A stretch of 64,000 nt of DNA from Christensenellaceae bacterium (GCA_045645345.1 JAZRIP010000026.1:5142-69141), one strand, 5' to 3'. Shown: positions 26,358-36,259, numbered from the stretch's first letter. A program made the numbers and translations. The notes: generated by a model from the letters alone, not told the origin.

Positions 26358-27602
26358 ATGGAAAAATTACAATTAACGAATTTAGTTTTTGAAGATTACG
26401 AACAAAGGTTTGCAAAAGCAAGAGTAGACCAAAAATTTAGAGAATTATGGAAAGAAAAAGATAGAGAAGAAGTTTTAAAACACGTTAAAGATATTCTTCG
26501 CTACGATGAAAGTTTAATTCCAGAAATTAAAGTTATAGACGAGCAAACTAAAATGGTAGGCGATATAAAAGTTACACATTTTACTTTTGAAAGTTGGAAA
26601 AACGTTTACGGCAAATACACATTGTTTTCGCCAAATTTAGAAGGGAAAAGGCCACTCGTTGTTATCTGTTCAGGTCACGAGCCTTTAGGCTGTTTAGCGG
26701 AGGCAAACCAAAGGCTTGCTTACCGTTTAGTAAAAATGGGTTGTCACGTCGTAATAAATCAAAATATGGGGCAGGGTGGCAGAGAACCGTTAGGTCATAA
26801 ACGCGTTGTTGGACCGTTTTATTGTGGGCTTACTTTCCAAGGTTTAATAGTTGCCGAAACCATTGCCGTTATTAGACACGCTTGCAAGTTTGATTTTATC
26901 GATACAGAAAGGGTAGGTACTACGGGTAATTCGGGCGGTGGTACGTTAACTATGTTTTTATCAGCGTTAGCACCCGAGGTTCAAGCAGTAGCAACAACTG
27001 GATATCCGTCGGAATTCGACCATCTTTTTCAAAAAGAACGTTTTCATTGTGCTTGTAATTTACTTAGTGGGGTTATGGGAAAAATCGATATGTGGGAAGT
27101 TTTAGCACTTCACGCACCAAATCCACTTATGATGGAACAAGGTATGAACGACCACCTTATTCCTTTCGATTGTTTTGCAAGGGCTGCAAGAAAAGTTCAA
27201 ACAACTTATAAAATGATGGGTAAAGGCGAAAATTTCTCTTATAAAACTACTCCTACGGGGCATCCATGGCTTGACAGTGATATGGTTATTATAGGGCAAT
27301 TCTTTGCTAAATATTTCGGTTTAGAAGAAGTAGAAGTTGCTAGTGATGAAGGAATGATGGTTCCTATAAGCGACGGCGAAATTTTATTCCCTAAAAACGC
27401 TATTAACGTAAATCAATTAGCAGAACAATTAACCGGTATAAAATTGCCTGCTAGCGTTAAAGAATTAAAAGACATTTATAAACCTAAATACAAAGGTAAA
27501 CTTATTAACAAAGACGACGTTATAACCGATATAGGTAGGGGAGACCTAATGACCGTTTGGGCTCAATACGAAATTACGTTAGACGGAGAAGTTGTTCGTT
27601 AA
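26358..27602 (+). CDS. alpha/beta hydrolase (esterase, acetyl-xylan-esterase/DLH-like)
   Basis: 414 aa. Nucleophile elbow GNSGGG. TTGACA-17-TATAAT promoter at 26279-26307. Confidence 0.7.
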   Translation: MEKLQLTNLVFEDYEQRFAKARVDQKFRELWKEKDREEVLKHVKDILRYDESLIPEIKVIDEQTKMVGDIKVTHFTFESWKNVYGKYTLFSPNLEGKRPLVVICSGHEPLGCLAEANQRLAYRLVKMGCHVVINQNMGQGGREPLGHKRVVGPFYCGLTFQGLIVAETIAVIRHACKFDFIDTERVGTTGNSGGGTLTMFLSALAPEVQAVATTGYPSEFDHLFQKERFHCACNLLSGVMGKIDMWEVLALHAPNPLMMEQGMNDHLIPFDCFARAARKVQTTYKMMGKGENFSYKTTPTGHPWLDSDMVIIGQFFAKYFGLEEVEVASDEGMMVPISDGEILFPKNAINVNQLAEQLTGIKLPASVKELKDIYKPKYKGKLINKDDVITDIGRGDLMTVWAQYEITLDGEVVR

Positions 27603-29215
27603 TGAGTATAATTACGATAAATAGTTATAAAGGTGAAAGACTTTTTGCCGATAGGCTTAACAGTTTAATATCTAACGCAAAAGACGGCGACGTTCTCGTA
27701 TTTGAAAAGGGAGAATATTATTTAGATAAGCAAATAAACGTTATAAATAAGAAAAATATAACTTTTGATTGTCAAAGTGGCGTTGTTTTTTCGGTAAAGT
27801 TTGACGTAAGCGTAGGTGGTGAAGTTCCTACTACGAATATAAACGCATTTTATTTTGAAAGTTGCGAGAATATAACTTTTAAAGGCGGGGTTGTTCAAGC
27901 AAGTCAACCAACTAGCGTTAGGGGTAAACTAATTAAGGTTAATAAAGAAGAAGATTACGTTGAAGTTGAAGTGTATCCAAAAAGTCCGTTATCTAGCGAC
28001 GTTAAGTTTATAGGTGGTATGACTTTTGATAAAAATGGTATGCCAACTCATGGAGCAATGGCTACTCATAAAAAGAAAGACCCAAGATTTGATACGTATA
28101 AAGACAAGCGAATTATCGTTGCAAACGAACTTGTAACGACTAACGCCCCAAGTCCAACCTTAAGAACCGAAAGGCTTAATGAAAACCTTTTTAGGTTTAG
28201 GGGAATTATGAATATGCATATTCACGAAGAAGGACTTGATTGTGCTTTATATCACGCATATTACGGAATTTCAGCCTTTATTTTTAGAAATACCAGCAAC
28301 GTAACGATTGATGGTGTAAGAATAAATCGTTTCGGTGGTATGGGCTACCTTGTTTTAACAAGATGCTATAATTTTGCTTTTAAAAACTTAATTTTTGATA
28401 ATCCCGATAAAGAACACTCTTGGATGTCAACTCAAAGCGATGCTATTCATACGTTAGGCTTAGGCGGTGAATTAATTTTAGAAAACGTTTACTTCGATTC
28501 GACTTGCGACGATTGTCTTAACGTTCACTCACAAATACTTACTTGCAAAGAAATTATTGACGGCAAACATAAGGTCGTATATGATAAAAAGCAAGGTATA
28601 GTTTCAAAAACGTGGGCAAAAGCGGGAGACGTGCTTTACGTATACGATAGTCAAAGTTTGGTTATAAAAGGTCAAGTTGAAGTGGAAAATTTCGTTGACG
28701 GATATCTTGTTTTAAAAGATGATGGTTATAAAGTTTCGGTTGGTGATATGCTTACTAATTGTGAATATATGCCTAACGTAACTATTGACAATTGTGTAAT
28801 TAATAAGTGTGTTGGACAGTTTAAAATAAAAAGTTGCAAAAAGGCAGTAGTTAAAAATTGCAAGTTTTATAATGAAGGCCGAGCAGTAAACGTTAGCGAA
28901 TTTTTACCAACTTTAGAAGGCGGTCCTGCACAAAACGTAGTAATTGAAAATAACGAGTTTTACTATGCAAAAAGGCAAGCCCCTATATTTAGTGGGTACA
29001 TAAAAGACTTTTCGGAGTATTATGATTACGATAGGATTGACCAGCCTATAATACAAAACGTCGTGGTTAAAAACAATAAGTTTATAAAAACGACGTGCCA
29101 AGAAGTTATGCGTTTCTTAGCAACGGACGGATTAGTTGTTGAAAATAACGAGTTTATTGATTGTTTAAGTCAAGAAATTAAAATCGAGTGTTGTAAAAAC
29201 GTAACTATTAAATAA
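27602..29215 (+). CDS. right-handed parallel beta-helix repeat protein (putative polysaccharide-degrading enzyme)
   Basis: Start ATG 27602 overlaps the previous stop (TAATG). Periodic N-x-T/V-I/V-x-N/G repeats (NITFKGG, NVTIDGVRINRF, NVTIDNCVINKC, NVVIENNEF, NVVVKNNKF) are typical of the pectin-lyase fold. Confidence 0.6.
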   Translation: MSIITINSYKGERLFADRLNSLISNAKDGDVLVFEKGEYYLDKQINVINKKNITFDCQSGVVFSVKFDVSVGGEVPTTNINAFYFESCENITFKGGVVQASQPTSVRGKLIKVNKEEDYVEVEVYPKSPLSSDVKFIGGMTFDKNGMPTHGAMATHKKKDPRFDTYKDKRIIVANELVTTNAPSPTLRTERLNENLFRFRGIMNMHIHEEGLDCALYHAYYGISAFIFRNTSNVTIDGVRINRFGGMGYLVLTRCYNFAFKNLIFDNPDKEHSWMSTQSDAIHTLGLGGELILENVYFDSTCDDCLNVHSQILTCKEIIDGKHKVVYDKKQGIVSKTWAKAGDVLYVYDSQSLVIKGQVEVENFVDGYLVLKDDGYKVSVGDMLTNCEYMPNVTIDNCVINKCVGQFKIKSCKKAVVKNCKFYNEGRAVNVSEFLPTLEGGPAQNVVIENNEFYYAKRQAPIFSGYIKDFSEYYDYDRIDQPIIQNVVVKNNKFIKTTCQEVMRFLATDGLVVENNEFIDCLSQEIKIECCKNVTIK

Positions 29216-29287
29216 TTTATACCGAAAAGCCGATTGCTTCTCGGTATTTTATTTGACAATTTTAATTTATTATTTTATTATTTATTT

Positions 29288-30061
29288 ATGGTAAAATTTA
29301 TTACGAATAAGCGAATAAATAAATATTTAAGTAAAGAAAAAAAAGTTAAAAGTCTACTTTTTACAAGTTCAACTAACGATGATTTAAAAAAATCTATATT
29401 GAACGCAGGCGTATACGACGCAATAGTTAGTGAATTACAATTTAAAGGCAGAGGTAGGTTGAAAAGAAAATTTCACTCGCCTATGTTTAGTGGAATTTAT
29501 ATTTCAATCAGGCTTAAAAATTCGTTTGACTACGCTAGCGTTGGAAGAATTACAACGTGCGTAGCCGTTTTAGTAAGTAAAGCAATTGAAAGCCTTTACG
29601 ACGTAAAAGTTGGCGTTAAGTGGGTAAACGACCTTTTCATAAACGGCAAAAAAGTTGCCGGCATTTTAGCCGAATCAGTTATAAAAGACGGAAAAATTCA
29701 AGGTATAATAGTAGGCATAGGATTAAACGTTTACGATAAAAAATTTCCAAAAGAACTTGAAAATATAACAACTAATTTACAAAAAGAAACGGGCAAAAAG
29801 GTTGATAGAAATCAAATTATTGCAAAAATATTAGAAAGTTTAGACGGCATTTACGAACAAATTCAAAATGACGATTTTATTTGTGAATATAAAAAAAAGA
29901 TGTTCCTTTTAAATAAAAAAGTAGTCGTTTCAAGTGGTGATAATCGTTTCGAGGCAATTTGTGTTGACGTTACTTATGATGGCAAATTAGTTGTTATAAA
30001 AGGCAATGAAAAAATAGAAATTTCAGTAGGTGACGTTAGCGTAAAAAGTGCTAATGATTGA
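29288..30061 (+). CDS. birA: biotin--[acetyl-CoA-carboxylase] ligase, group I (no HTH)
   Basis: GRGRLKRKFHSP (GRGRxGRxW-type) and KWVNDLFINGKKVAGILAE motifs. Start at MVKFIT with no SD. The promoter is placed for a leaderless mRNA. Confidence 0.8.
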   Translation: MVKFITNKRINKYLSKEKKVKSLLFTSSTNDDLKKSILNAGVYDAIVSELQFKGRGRLKRKFHSPMFSGIYISIRLKNSFDYASVGRITTCVAVLVSKAIESLYDVKVGVKWVNDLFINGKKVAGILAESVIKDGKIQGIIVGIGLNVYDKKFPKELENITTNLQKETGKKVDRNQIIAKILESLDGIYEQIQNDDFICEYKKKMFLLNKKVVVSSGDNRFEAICVDVTYDGKLVVIKGNEKIEISVGDVSVKSAND

Positions 30062-30159
30062 ATTATAGGTTGATTTTTGTAATAAAATGTAATTAGGTAT
30101 TGACATTTTGTTTTGTTGTGTTGTATAATTAATTTATAAAAGGTTGGAGGTTTTTTCTT

Positions 30160-30474
30160 ATGTCAAAAAATTTAGAAAAAGTTTGGGATTTTATAGGTGA
30201 AGTTTTAGCACTTTTGCTTTTAATAGTTTACGCAGTTTTAATATTAGATGCTAATTTTCATTTTTTACCAAGTGGGCCTATAATGGAAGTGTTGCAAATT
30301 TTAAGAACGTATGGTTCTTTTGCTCTTGTGGGTATAGTTGGCTTTGAAGCAATTACTAAACGTGGTTTTCTATTTAAACTTATCTTTTTAGCACTTATTG
30401 CTTTAGTTGTAATATTTATGTTTTTCCCAGATACTTACGATGCATTAATAAAAGCCTTTGTAAGTGTTCAATAA
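30160..30474 (+). CDS. small hypothetical membrane protein
   Basis: 104 aa, 3 TM helices. GGAGG SD. TTGACA/TATAAT promoter upstream. Confidence 0.6.
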   Translation: MSKNLEKVWDFIGEVLALLLLIVYAVLILDANFHFLPSGPIMEVLQILRTYGSFALVGIVGFEAITKRGFLFKLIFLALIALVVIFMFFPDTYDALIKAFVSVQ

Positions 30475-30643
30475 TTAACAAAAAATTTAACGACCTTAAA
30501 CTTAAGGTCGTTTTTTTGTGTAATGAATATTGAAAATCGCTTGAAAAGTAAGATACTTTGTGCTATTATATATATGATGGGTAATTTTGGGTTATCCTTC
30601 AAAAGAATATATATAGAACTATGTTCTAATTAAGGAGAATATT

Positions 30644-31231
30644 ATGGAAAATATTAAGGTTGTTCCCGTTGTTGTAATAAACGATATTAACGACACTAAC
30701 AAAACACTTTCGGCTTTATGTGAAGGAGGGCTTCCAGTTGCTGAAATTACGTTTAGAACTGCTTGTGCCGAAGAAGCAATTCGTCTTGGTACGAAAAACT
30801 TCCCAGATATGTATATAGGTGCTGGTACTGTTATTAATAAAGAACAGGCAGAAAAAGCGTATAACGCAGGTGCTAAATTTATCGTATCGCCAGGTTTAAG
30901 CGAAGAAGTTGCTCTTTTCTGTAAAGAAAAAGGCATTACTTATTACCCAGGTTGTGCTACGCCAACTGAAATTATGCAAGCAATTGCACTTGGCATTAAA
31001 ATCGTTAAATTTTTTCCAGCAAACGTTTATGGTGGCCTTAAAGCAATTAAGGCTTTGGCTGGTCCGTTCCCACAAATTAAATTCTTACCAACGGGTGGCG
31101 TTGATTTAACTAACCTTAAGGAATTTTTAGAATTTGACAAAATTTACGCTATCGGTGGTAGTTTTATGATGAAAGGCGATATCGTAGAAAACTGCAAAAA
31201 AATTAACGAAATTATTGATAGTATGCAATAA
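30644..31231 (+). CDS. eda: 2-dehydro-3-deoxyphosphogluconate / 4-hydroxy-2-oxoglutarate aldolase
   Basis: 195 aa. Has VVPVVVI, AEITFRT, GAGTV and FIVSPG motifs, plus a Schiff-base Lys region (VKFFPA). Confidence 0.9.
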   Translation: MENIKVVPVVVINDINDTNKTLSALCEGGLPVAEITFRTACAEEAIRLGTKNFPDMYIGAGTVINKEQAEKAYNAGAKFIVSPGLSEEVALFCKEKGITYYPGCATPTEIMQAIALGIKIVKFFPANVYGGLKAIKALAGPFPQIKFLPTGGVDLTNLKEFLEFDKIYAIGGSFMMKGDIVENCKKINEIIDSMQ

Positions 31232-31287
31232 TAAAAACGCACTTATAGTGTGATAAATAAAATATTTTATATAAAGGAAGATTTATT

Positions 31288-32307
31288 ATGAAAGTTATTA
31301 CTTTTGGTGAAATCATGTTAAGACTTGCTCCAGAAGGATATTTAAGATTTGTTCAATCTGAAAAATATCTTGCTACTTTTGGTGGAGCAGAAGCAAACGT
31401 TGCAGTATCACTTGCAAACTATGGCGTAGACGTAAGTTTCGTTACGAAACTCCCTAAAAACGAAATAGGTCAATCGGCAATCAATTCTGTAAGAAAGTTT
31501 GGTGTTGATACGTCTAAAATCGTTCGTGGGGGCGAAAGAGTAGGTATTTATTACTGCGAAAAAGGTGCATCTCAAAGACCAAGTAAAGTTGTATATGATA
31601 GAGCATATTCTGCTATCAGTATGGCAAAGAAAGAAGATTTTGACTGGGCGTCTATTTTCGAAGGCGTTGATTGGTTCCACTTTACGGGAATTACTCCAGC
31701 TCTTTCTGACGAAGTTGCTGAAATTTGTTTAGAAGCAGTTAAAGAAGCAAGAGCAAGAGGCATTAAAGTTTCTTGCGACCTTAACTTTAGAAAGAAATTA
31801 TGGTCTAAAGAAAAAGCAGGCGAAGTAATGGGTAAACTTTGCAACTATATCGATTATTGTATTGCTAACGAAGAAGACGCTAAAGACGTATTCGGTATTG
31901 AAGCAGACGATACTGATATTTACAGCGGTAAACTTAATAGAGAAGGCTATATTTCAGTTGCTAAAAAATTAACTGATAGATTTGGTTTTAAAGGTGTAGC
32001 AATTACGTTAAGAGAAAGTTTATCAGCAAACGACAATAACTGGTCGGCAATGCTTTACACTAACGGCGAAGCAGTATTTAGCAAAAAATACGCAATGCAC
32101 ATCGTAGACAGAGTTGGTGGTGGTGATAGTTTCGGTGGTGGTCTTATCTACTCACTTTTAAATGGTTACGAACCACAAAAGGCTATTGAATTTGCAGTTG
32201 CCGCATCTTGCTTAAAGCACTCTGTTGAAGGCGACTATAATATGGTTAGCGTTGACGAAGTTGAAAAACTTGCTGGTGGCGACGCTTCTGGTAGAGTTCA
32301 AAGATAA
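31288..32307 (+). CDS. kdgK: 2-dehydro-3-deoxygluconokinase (PfkB family)
   Basis: 339 aa. PfkB signatures (GGAEANVAV; DRVGGGDSFGGG). Adjacent to eda. Confidence 0.85.
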   Translation: MKVITFGEIMLRLAPEGYLRFVQSEKYLATFGGAEANVAVSLANYGVDVSFVTKLPKNEIGQSAINSVRKFGVDTSKIVRGGERVGIYYCEKGASQRPSKVVYDRAYSAISMAKKEDFDWASIFEGVDWFHFTGITPALSDEVAEICLEAVKEARARGIKVSCDLNFRKKLWSKEKAGEVMGKLCNYIDYCIANEEDAKDVFGIEADDTDIYSGKLNREGYISVAKKLTDRFGFKGVAITLRESLSANDNNWSAMLYTNGEAVFSKKYAMHIVDRVGGGDSFGGGLIYSLLNGYEPQKAIEFAVAASCLKHSVEGDYNMVSVDEVEKLAGGDASGRVQR

Positions 32308-32359
32308 TTTGACTAATAATTTATAGATTTTTGTTAATACTACTTGTATAGGAGTTATT

Positions 32360-32473
32360 ATGCAAGAAAAAAGTATTACGGAAATTATTTGGGAACTTTT
32401 TGAAAATTCAGGCAAAATAAATTATTATTTATTAGCGAAACGAATTGACGAAGAGGACGAAGAAAAAAGATAA
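32360..32473 (+). CDS. yqzL: YqzL-like small protein (37 aa)
   Basis: Not in the ORF track. GGAG SD. MQEKSITEIIWELFENSGKINYYLLAKRIDEEDEEKR carries the W..F..(T/S)G.I..YLL.K pattern. It lies immediately upstream of recO, as in Bacillus. Confidence 0.65.
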   Translation: MQEKSITEIIWELFENSGKINYYLLAKRIDEEDEEKR

Positions 32474-32474
32474 A

Positions 32475-33203
32475 ATGGAATTAAAAGTAAACGCACTTGT
32501 AACAAGGGCGGTAGAATATAAAGAAAACGATAAAATATTGACTTTATATTCTTATGAAAAAGGCAAAATAACTGCCGGAATAAAAGGGGTAAAAAAGTCG
32601 GGGGCGAAATTAAAGTTCGCTTCCGAACCTTTTTGTTTTGCCGAATTTATTTTGGCTAATAAAGGGGATAGAAATACTGTCATAAATGCTACGTTTATCG
32701 ACAGTTTTTATAATTTACGAACAAACTTATTAAAATATTATACAAGTTGCGTCGTTGCCGAAACTATTAACGTAATAGTTGAACAAAACGCTAGCGACGA
32801 AAATTTGTTTAATTTGATTATTAATACGATAAAATATATTTGTTACGGACAAAACGAAAAAGCCGTGCTTTGCAAATATCTTTATCTATTTTCTAAATAT
32901 AACGGATATGAAATTCAAGATACGGCTTGCTGTGGCTGTCTTGAAGATATTGAAAAAAGAGTGTTTTTTAACGTAACCGACGCAACCTTTAGTTGCGAAA
33001 GTTGCAAAACTCATAATTTTATGGAAATAACAAATGAAACGTATCAAACCTTAAAAATGATTAATAAACTAAGTTTTGAAGAAATTGCGTCTAAAAAAGA
33101 AATTATAGAGTGTGATAAATTTTTAAAATTTATGCTTTACTATTTAAAAGCAAAAACCGACGTAAAATTAATTAGTGGCGATATGGTGTTTAGTGATGTG
33201 TGA
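32475..33203 (+). CDS. recO: DNA repair protein RecO
   Basis: Start at MELKVNALV. OB-fold N-terminus (EYKENDKILTLYS...GKI). Zn motif CCGC...CxxC. Confidence 0.85.
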   Translation: MELKVNALVTRAVEYKENDKILTLYSYEKGKITAGIKGVKKSGAKLKFASEPFCFAEFILANKGDRNTVINATFIDSFYNLRTNLLKYYTSCVVAETINVIVEQNASDENLFNLIINTIKYICYGQNEKAVLCKYLYLFSKYNGYEIQDTACCGCLEDIEKRVFFNVTDATFSCESCKTHNFMEITNETYQTLKMINKLSFEEIASKKEIIECDKFLKFMLYYLKAKTDVKLISGDMVFSDV

Positions 33204-33204
33204 T

Positions 33205-34188
33205 ATGATAAATAAAGAAAAAGAAACGTTTGGTACTATCAACAAAACGCCGATATATACGTATACGATTTCTAGTTCAAAACTAAAAATTAAAGTTATT
33301 AATTACGGAGCAACAATAGTTGACGCAGTTTATTTTAAAGATAAAAATACGTCTATTAACGTCGTTTTAAAATATAATACTTTTCAAGAGTATATAAATC
33401 AAAAAGCCTACTATGGTGCGATTATCGGTAGATATGCAAATAGAATAGAAGGGGCAAAATTTACTTTAAACGGCAAAGAGTATCGTTTAAAATGTAATGA
33501 AAACGGAAATCAGTTGCATGGTGGTGAAAGTGGTTTTGATAAAAAGATATGGCAAGTTGAAAAGTATTCTTTAAACTCGATAACCCTTTCATATTTAAGT
33601 AAAGATGGTGAAGAAGGGTTTCCGTCAAGCGTTAAAGTTTTTGTAACTTATACGATAGACGACGATTGCTTTAAGATTGATTATTTTGCGACGAGTGACG
33701 GAGATACTTATATAAATTTAACAAATCATGCTTACTTTAACTTAAACGGAATAGAAAATAAAATTGATGGTTGTTTATTGCAAATTAGTGCCGACAAAAT
33801 CACAAAAACAAACGAAAATCTAATACCTAACGGTGAATTTATTTTTGTAAAAGATACGTTGTACGATTTTAATAATCCACGCCCGTTTATAAAAGATTTA
33901 AGTTTAGATGCAACCTTATTTAGTAGGGGTTGTTACGATGATAATTTTGTTTTAAAAGGTAATGGTCTTAGAAAGGTTGCATACCTTTATAGTCCAACGA
34001 CTAGACTTAAAATGGAAGTTTATACCGACCAAAAAGGTATGCAAGTATACACGGGCAACTCTTATGGAATAGCCTTAGAAACGCAAAACTTTCCCAACGC
34101 TATGAACGTTAAGGAGTTTCCGTCGCCTTTACTTAAAAAGCAAGAAAAATATAAAACGACTACCATTTATAAATTTTTTATACAATAA
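33205..34188 (+). CDS. galM: aldose 1-epimerase (mutarotase)
   Basis: NRIEGAKFTLNGKEYRLKCNENGNQLHGG signature and HAYFNL. The start could be 33196 or 33205. Confidence 0.85.
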   Translation: MINKEKETFGTINKTPIYTYTISSSKLKIKVINYGATIVDAVYFKDKNTSINVVLKYNTFQEYINQKAYYGAIIGRYANRIEGAKFTLNGKEYRLKCNENGNQLHGGESGFDKKIWQVEKYSLNSITLSYLSKDGEEGFPSSVKVFVTYTIDDDCFKIDYFATSDGDTYINLTNHAYFNLNGIENKIDGCLLQISADKITKTNENLIPNGEFIFVKDTLYDFNNPRPFIKDLSLDATLFSRGCYDDNFVLKGNGLRKVAYLYSPTTRLKMEVYTDQKGMQVYTGNSYGIALETQNFPNAMNVKEFPSPLLKKQEKYKTTTIYKFFIQ

Positions 34189-34236
34189 AAAACTTGGCTT
34201 ACGCCAAGTTTTTCTTTTTTACAAGATTTTCTTTTA

Positions 34237-34650
34237 TTAAATAATACTATATAAAAATCTGTTTTCCATATCGGTAATGTTTTTGTCAACTGCTAGAACG
34301 GCAATACATAAATTAACGTAAGCGTCTTTAATTTCAGTAGGGAAAGACTTGTATAAGTCCCTAACGATATCTTGTGCTTGAGTATTATAAAAGTCTTTTG
34401 CAACTTCAAAAGCACTATCGTACGTATACCCACCGATAAACATTTGAATAAATTTAGTTTCAGCGTCGGTAAGTTTGCCGTCACTTGCTACGCAAGTAAA
34501 AATACTACCGATAAGTACGCTGTTGATTTTTTCGCCAGCGTGTTTTTGTTTTAACGTGTTGTAAATTTTTTGGTAATTTTCACCTGCAAAGTTTTCTAAA
34601 TCACGGTAATTTAAACCTAAACAATAATTAATAGTAGATTGAATATTCAT
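34237..34650 (-). CDS. hypothetical protein, TerB-like (tentative); paralog of 46043..46471
   Basis: 137 aa. SIFTCVASDGKLTDAETKFIQ resembles the TerB-fold ADG...E...I motif. Clear full-length similarity to the ORF at 46043. Confidence 0.5.
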   Translation of the reverse strand: MNIQSTINYCLGLNYRDLENFAGENYQKIYNTLKQKHAGEKINSVLIGSIFTCVASDGKLTDAETKFIQMFIGGYTYDSAFEVAKDFYNTQAQDIVRDLYKSFPTEIKDAYVNLCIAVLAVDKNITDMENRFLYSII

Positions 34651-34743
34651 ATATAAACCCCCTTTATATAAAAAAATTATACATCTTAAATATTATATTG
34701 TCAATAAAAGAAAATAATTAATTTATATAAGGGTAAAATGATA

Positions 34744-34956
34744 TTAGTTTGTGCAATCGTCAAGCCCTACTAAATAGTCAATCGAAACGTTAAAAAATTT
34801 GGCTAATAAAATTAACGAATACATATTAGGCTCTCTTAGCCCATTTTCCCAAAGGCTAATAATGCCTTTACTAACACCTATTTGTTTTGCAAGTTCCACC
34901 TGCCCAATACCTGCTTCAATACGCAAGGCTTTTAAATTTTCTTTAAAGGTTATCAT
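34744..34956 (-). CDS. XRE-family HTH transcriptional regulator
   Basis: 70 aa. HTH_3 (GQVELAKQIGVSKGIISLWENG). Confidence 0.85.
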   Translation of the reverse strand: MITFKENLKALRIEAGIGQVELAKQIGVSKGIISLWENGLREPNMYSLILLAKFFNVSIDYLVGLDDCTN

Positions 34957-34975
34957 ATTATAATAATCTCACAAT

Positions 34976-35019
34976 TGTAAGAAAAATACTTGACTTCTTA
35001 CAAGTGTAAGAATATAATA
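34976..35019 (+). promoter_or_regulatory. promoter with TGTAAGAA operator repeats
   Basis: Inverted repeat ttgtaagaa (34976-34984) and ttcttacaa (34996-35004), plus a third half-site gtgtaagaa (35005-35013). These overlap TTGACT (34991-34996), 17 nt spacer, TATAAT (35014-35019). Confidence 0.6.
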
Positions 35020-35053
35020 AACTCAAGGCTTACCAAAGAAAAAAGGAGAAATA

Positions 35054-35626
35054 ATGTTTAAAAGTAATGATAAATCATTTTTTATGATTAGAAAAATTGT
35101 TAACGTTGTGTACTTTGTTTTAATGTGCGTTGCAGTTGTTGCAGGAATTGTTATGATGGCGTCAGCAAAGGAAACGGGTACCTATTATGGAGACGCTTAC
35201 ACTTATATTAACTGGGGAATTCTTATAGCAGGCTTATTGACTATGTTGGTAGGACCTATACTTCTTCAATTAGGCTGGATTGCAACTGATGCAATTTTCA
35301 ATACTATAATGGACGTAAAAATTATAAGAAACGCTACTTTAGGCGTTGAAATACCTGAACTTCCTGCTCCATTATTTGCTAAAAAGCGCGAAAAAAATAA
35401 TAGCGTTAACGTTTATGAAAAATTAAAAGCATATAAAGATTTGTGTAACGAAGGCTTTATAACGCAAGAAGAATACGAAACCATTAAGAAAGATATGTTA
35501 AAGAAAACTGATAGTGGGCTTGAAAGCAGTATAGATAAAATTAAAAAATTAAAACTTTATCTTGACGAAGGTTTATTAACGGAAGAAGAATTTGAAAAAG
35601 AAAAGTCTAAGATTTTAAAAAAATAA
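35054..35626 (+). CDS. membrane protein with two C-terminal SHOCT domains
   Basis: 190 aa, two TM helices. Two SHOCT-like repeats (LCNEGFITQEEYETIKKDML; LDEGLLTEEEFEKEKSKILKK). Confidence 0.7.
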   Translation: MFKSNDKSFFMIRKIVNVVYFVLMCVAVVAGIVMMASAKETGTYYGDAYTYINWGILIAGLLTMLVGPILLQLGWIATDAIFNTIMDVKIIRNATLGVEIPELPAPLFAKKREKNNSVNVYEKLKAYKDLCNEGFITQEEYETIKKDMLKKTDSGLESSIDKIKKLKLYLDEGLLTEEEFEKEKSKILKK

Positions 35627-35734
35627 TAAAACTAAACAATGGTAAGACTTATATTTAGTAGGGGGTGCGAATTAAATATTGCGCCCCTAAATTTATTTTT
35701 CATAAATTATTTAGTTTTTTAATATAATAGTTGT

Positions 35735-36259
35735 ATGAAAAAAGATATTTTTGTTTGGCAATTTATATGTTTTACGTTTGTCTGTATGCTTGGAACGATT
35801 TTACATTTTTTATATTCGTGGATTCCGTTTTTACCTATAGCAAGCGTTTCAAGTATTAATGAGTCAACTTTTGAACATATTAAAATCTTATTTTTTCCTA
35901 TGTTGTTGTTTGCTATTATACAACGGCCGTTTTTTCAAGACGATTTTAAGGGGTTTTGGTGCGTTAAATTAAAAGGAATTTTATTAGGTATAGTGCTAAT
36001 TCCAACTTTGTTTTATACTTTGACGGGCATTTTCGGCACGCTATACGGCTGGGTAAACGTATTAATATTTTTTGTTTCGGCGTTTATATCAAGCATTTAC
36101 GAAGGCAAACTTTTTAAAGAAAATAAACCTTGCAAGTGTAATATTTTAGCGTTTATTACCTTATGCTTAATAGCAATAGTGTTTATTTTATTTACCTATT
36201 TCCCACCAAAAATCCCACTATTTCTAGACCCTTTAACAAAGACTTACGGAATAAATTAA
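35735..36259 (+). CDS. hypothetical polytopic membrane protein
   Basis: 174 aa, 5-6 TM helices. No SD. TATAAT ends 6 nt before the ATG. Confidence 0.6.
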   Translation: MKKDIFVWQFICFTFVCMLGTILHFLYSWIPFLPIASVSSINESTFEHIKILFFPMLLFAIIQRPFFQDDFKGFWCVKLKGILLGIVLIPTLFYTLTGIFGTLYGWVNVLIFFVSAFISSIYEGKLFKENKPCKCNILAFITLCLIAIVFILFTYFPPKIPLFLDPLTKTYGIN

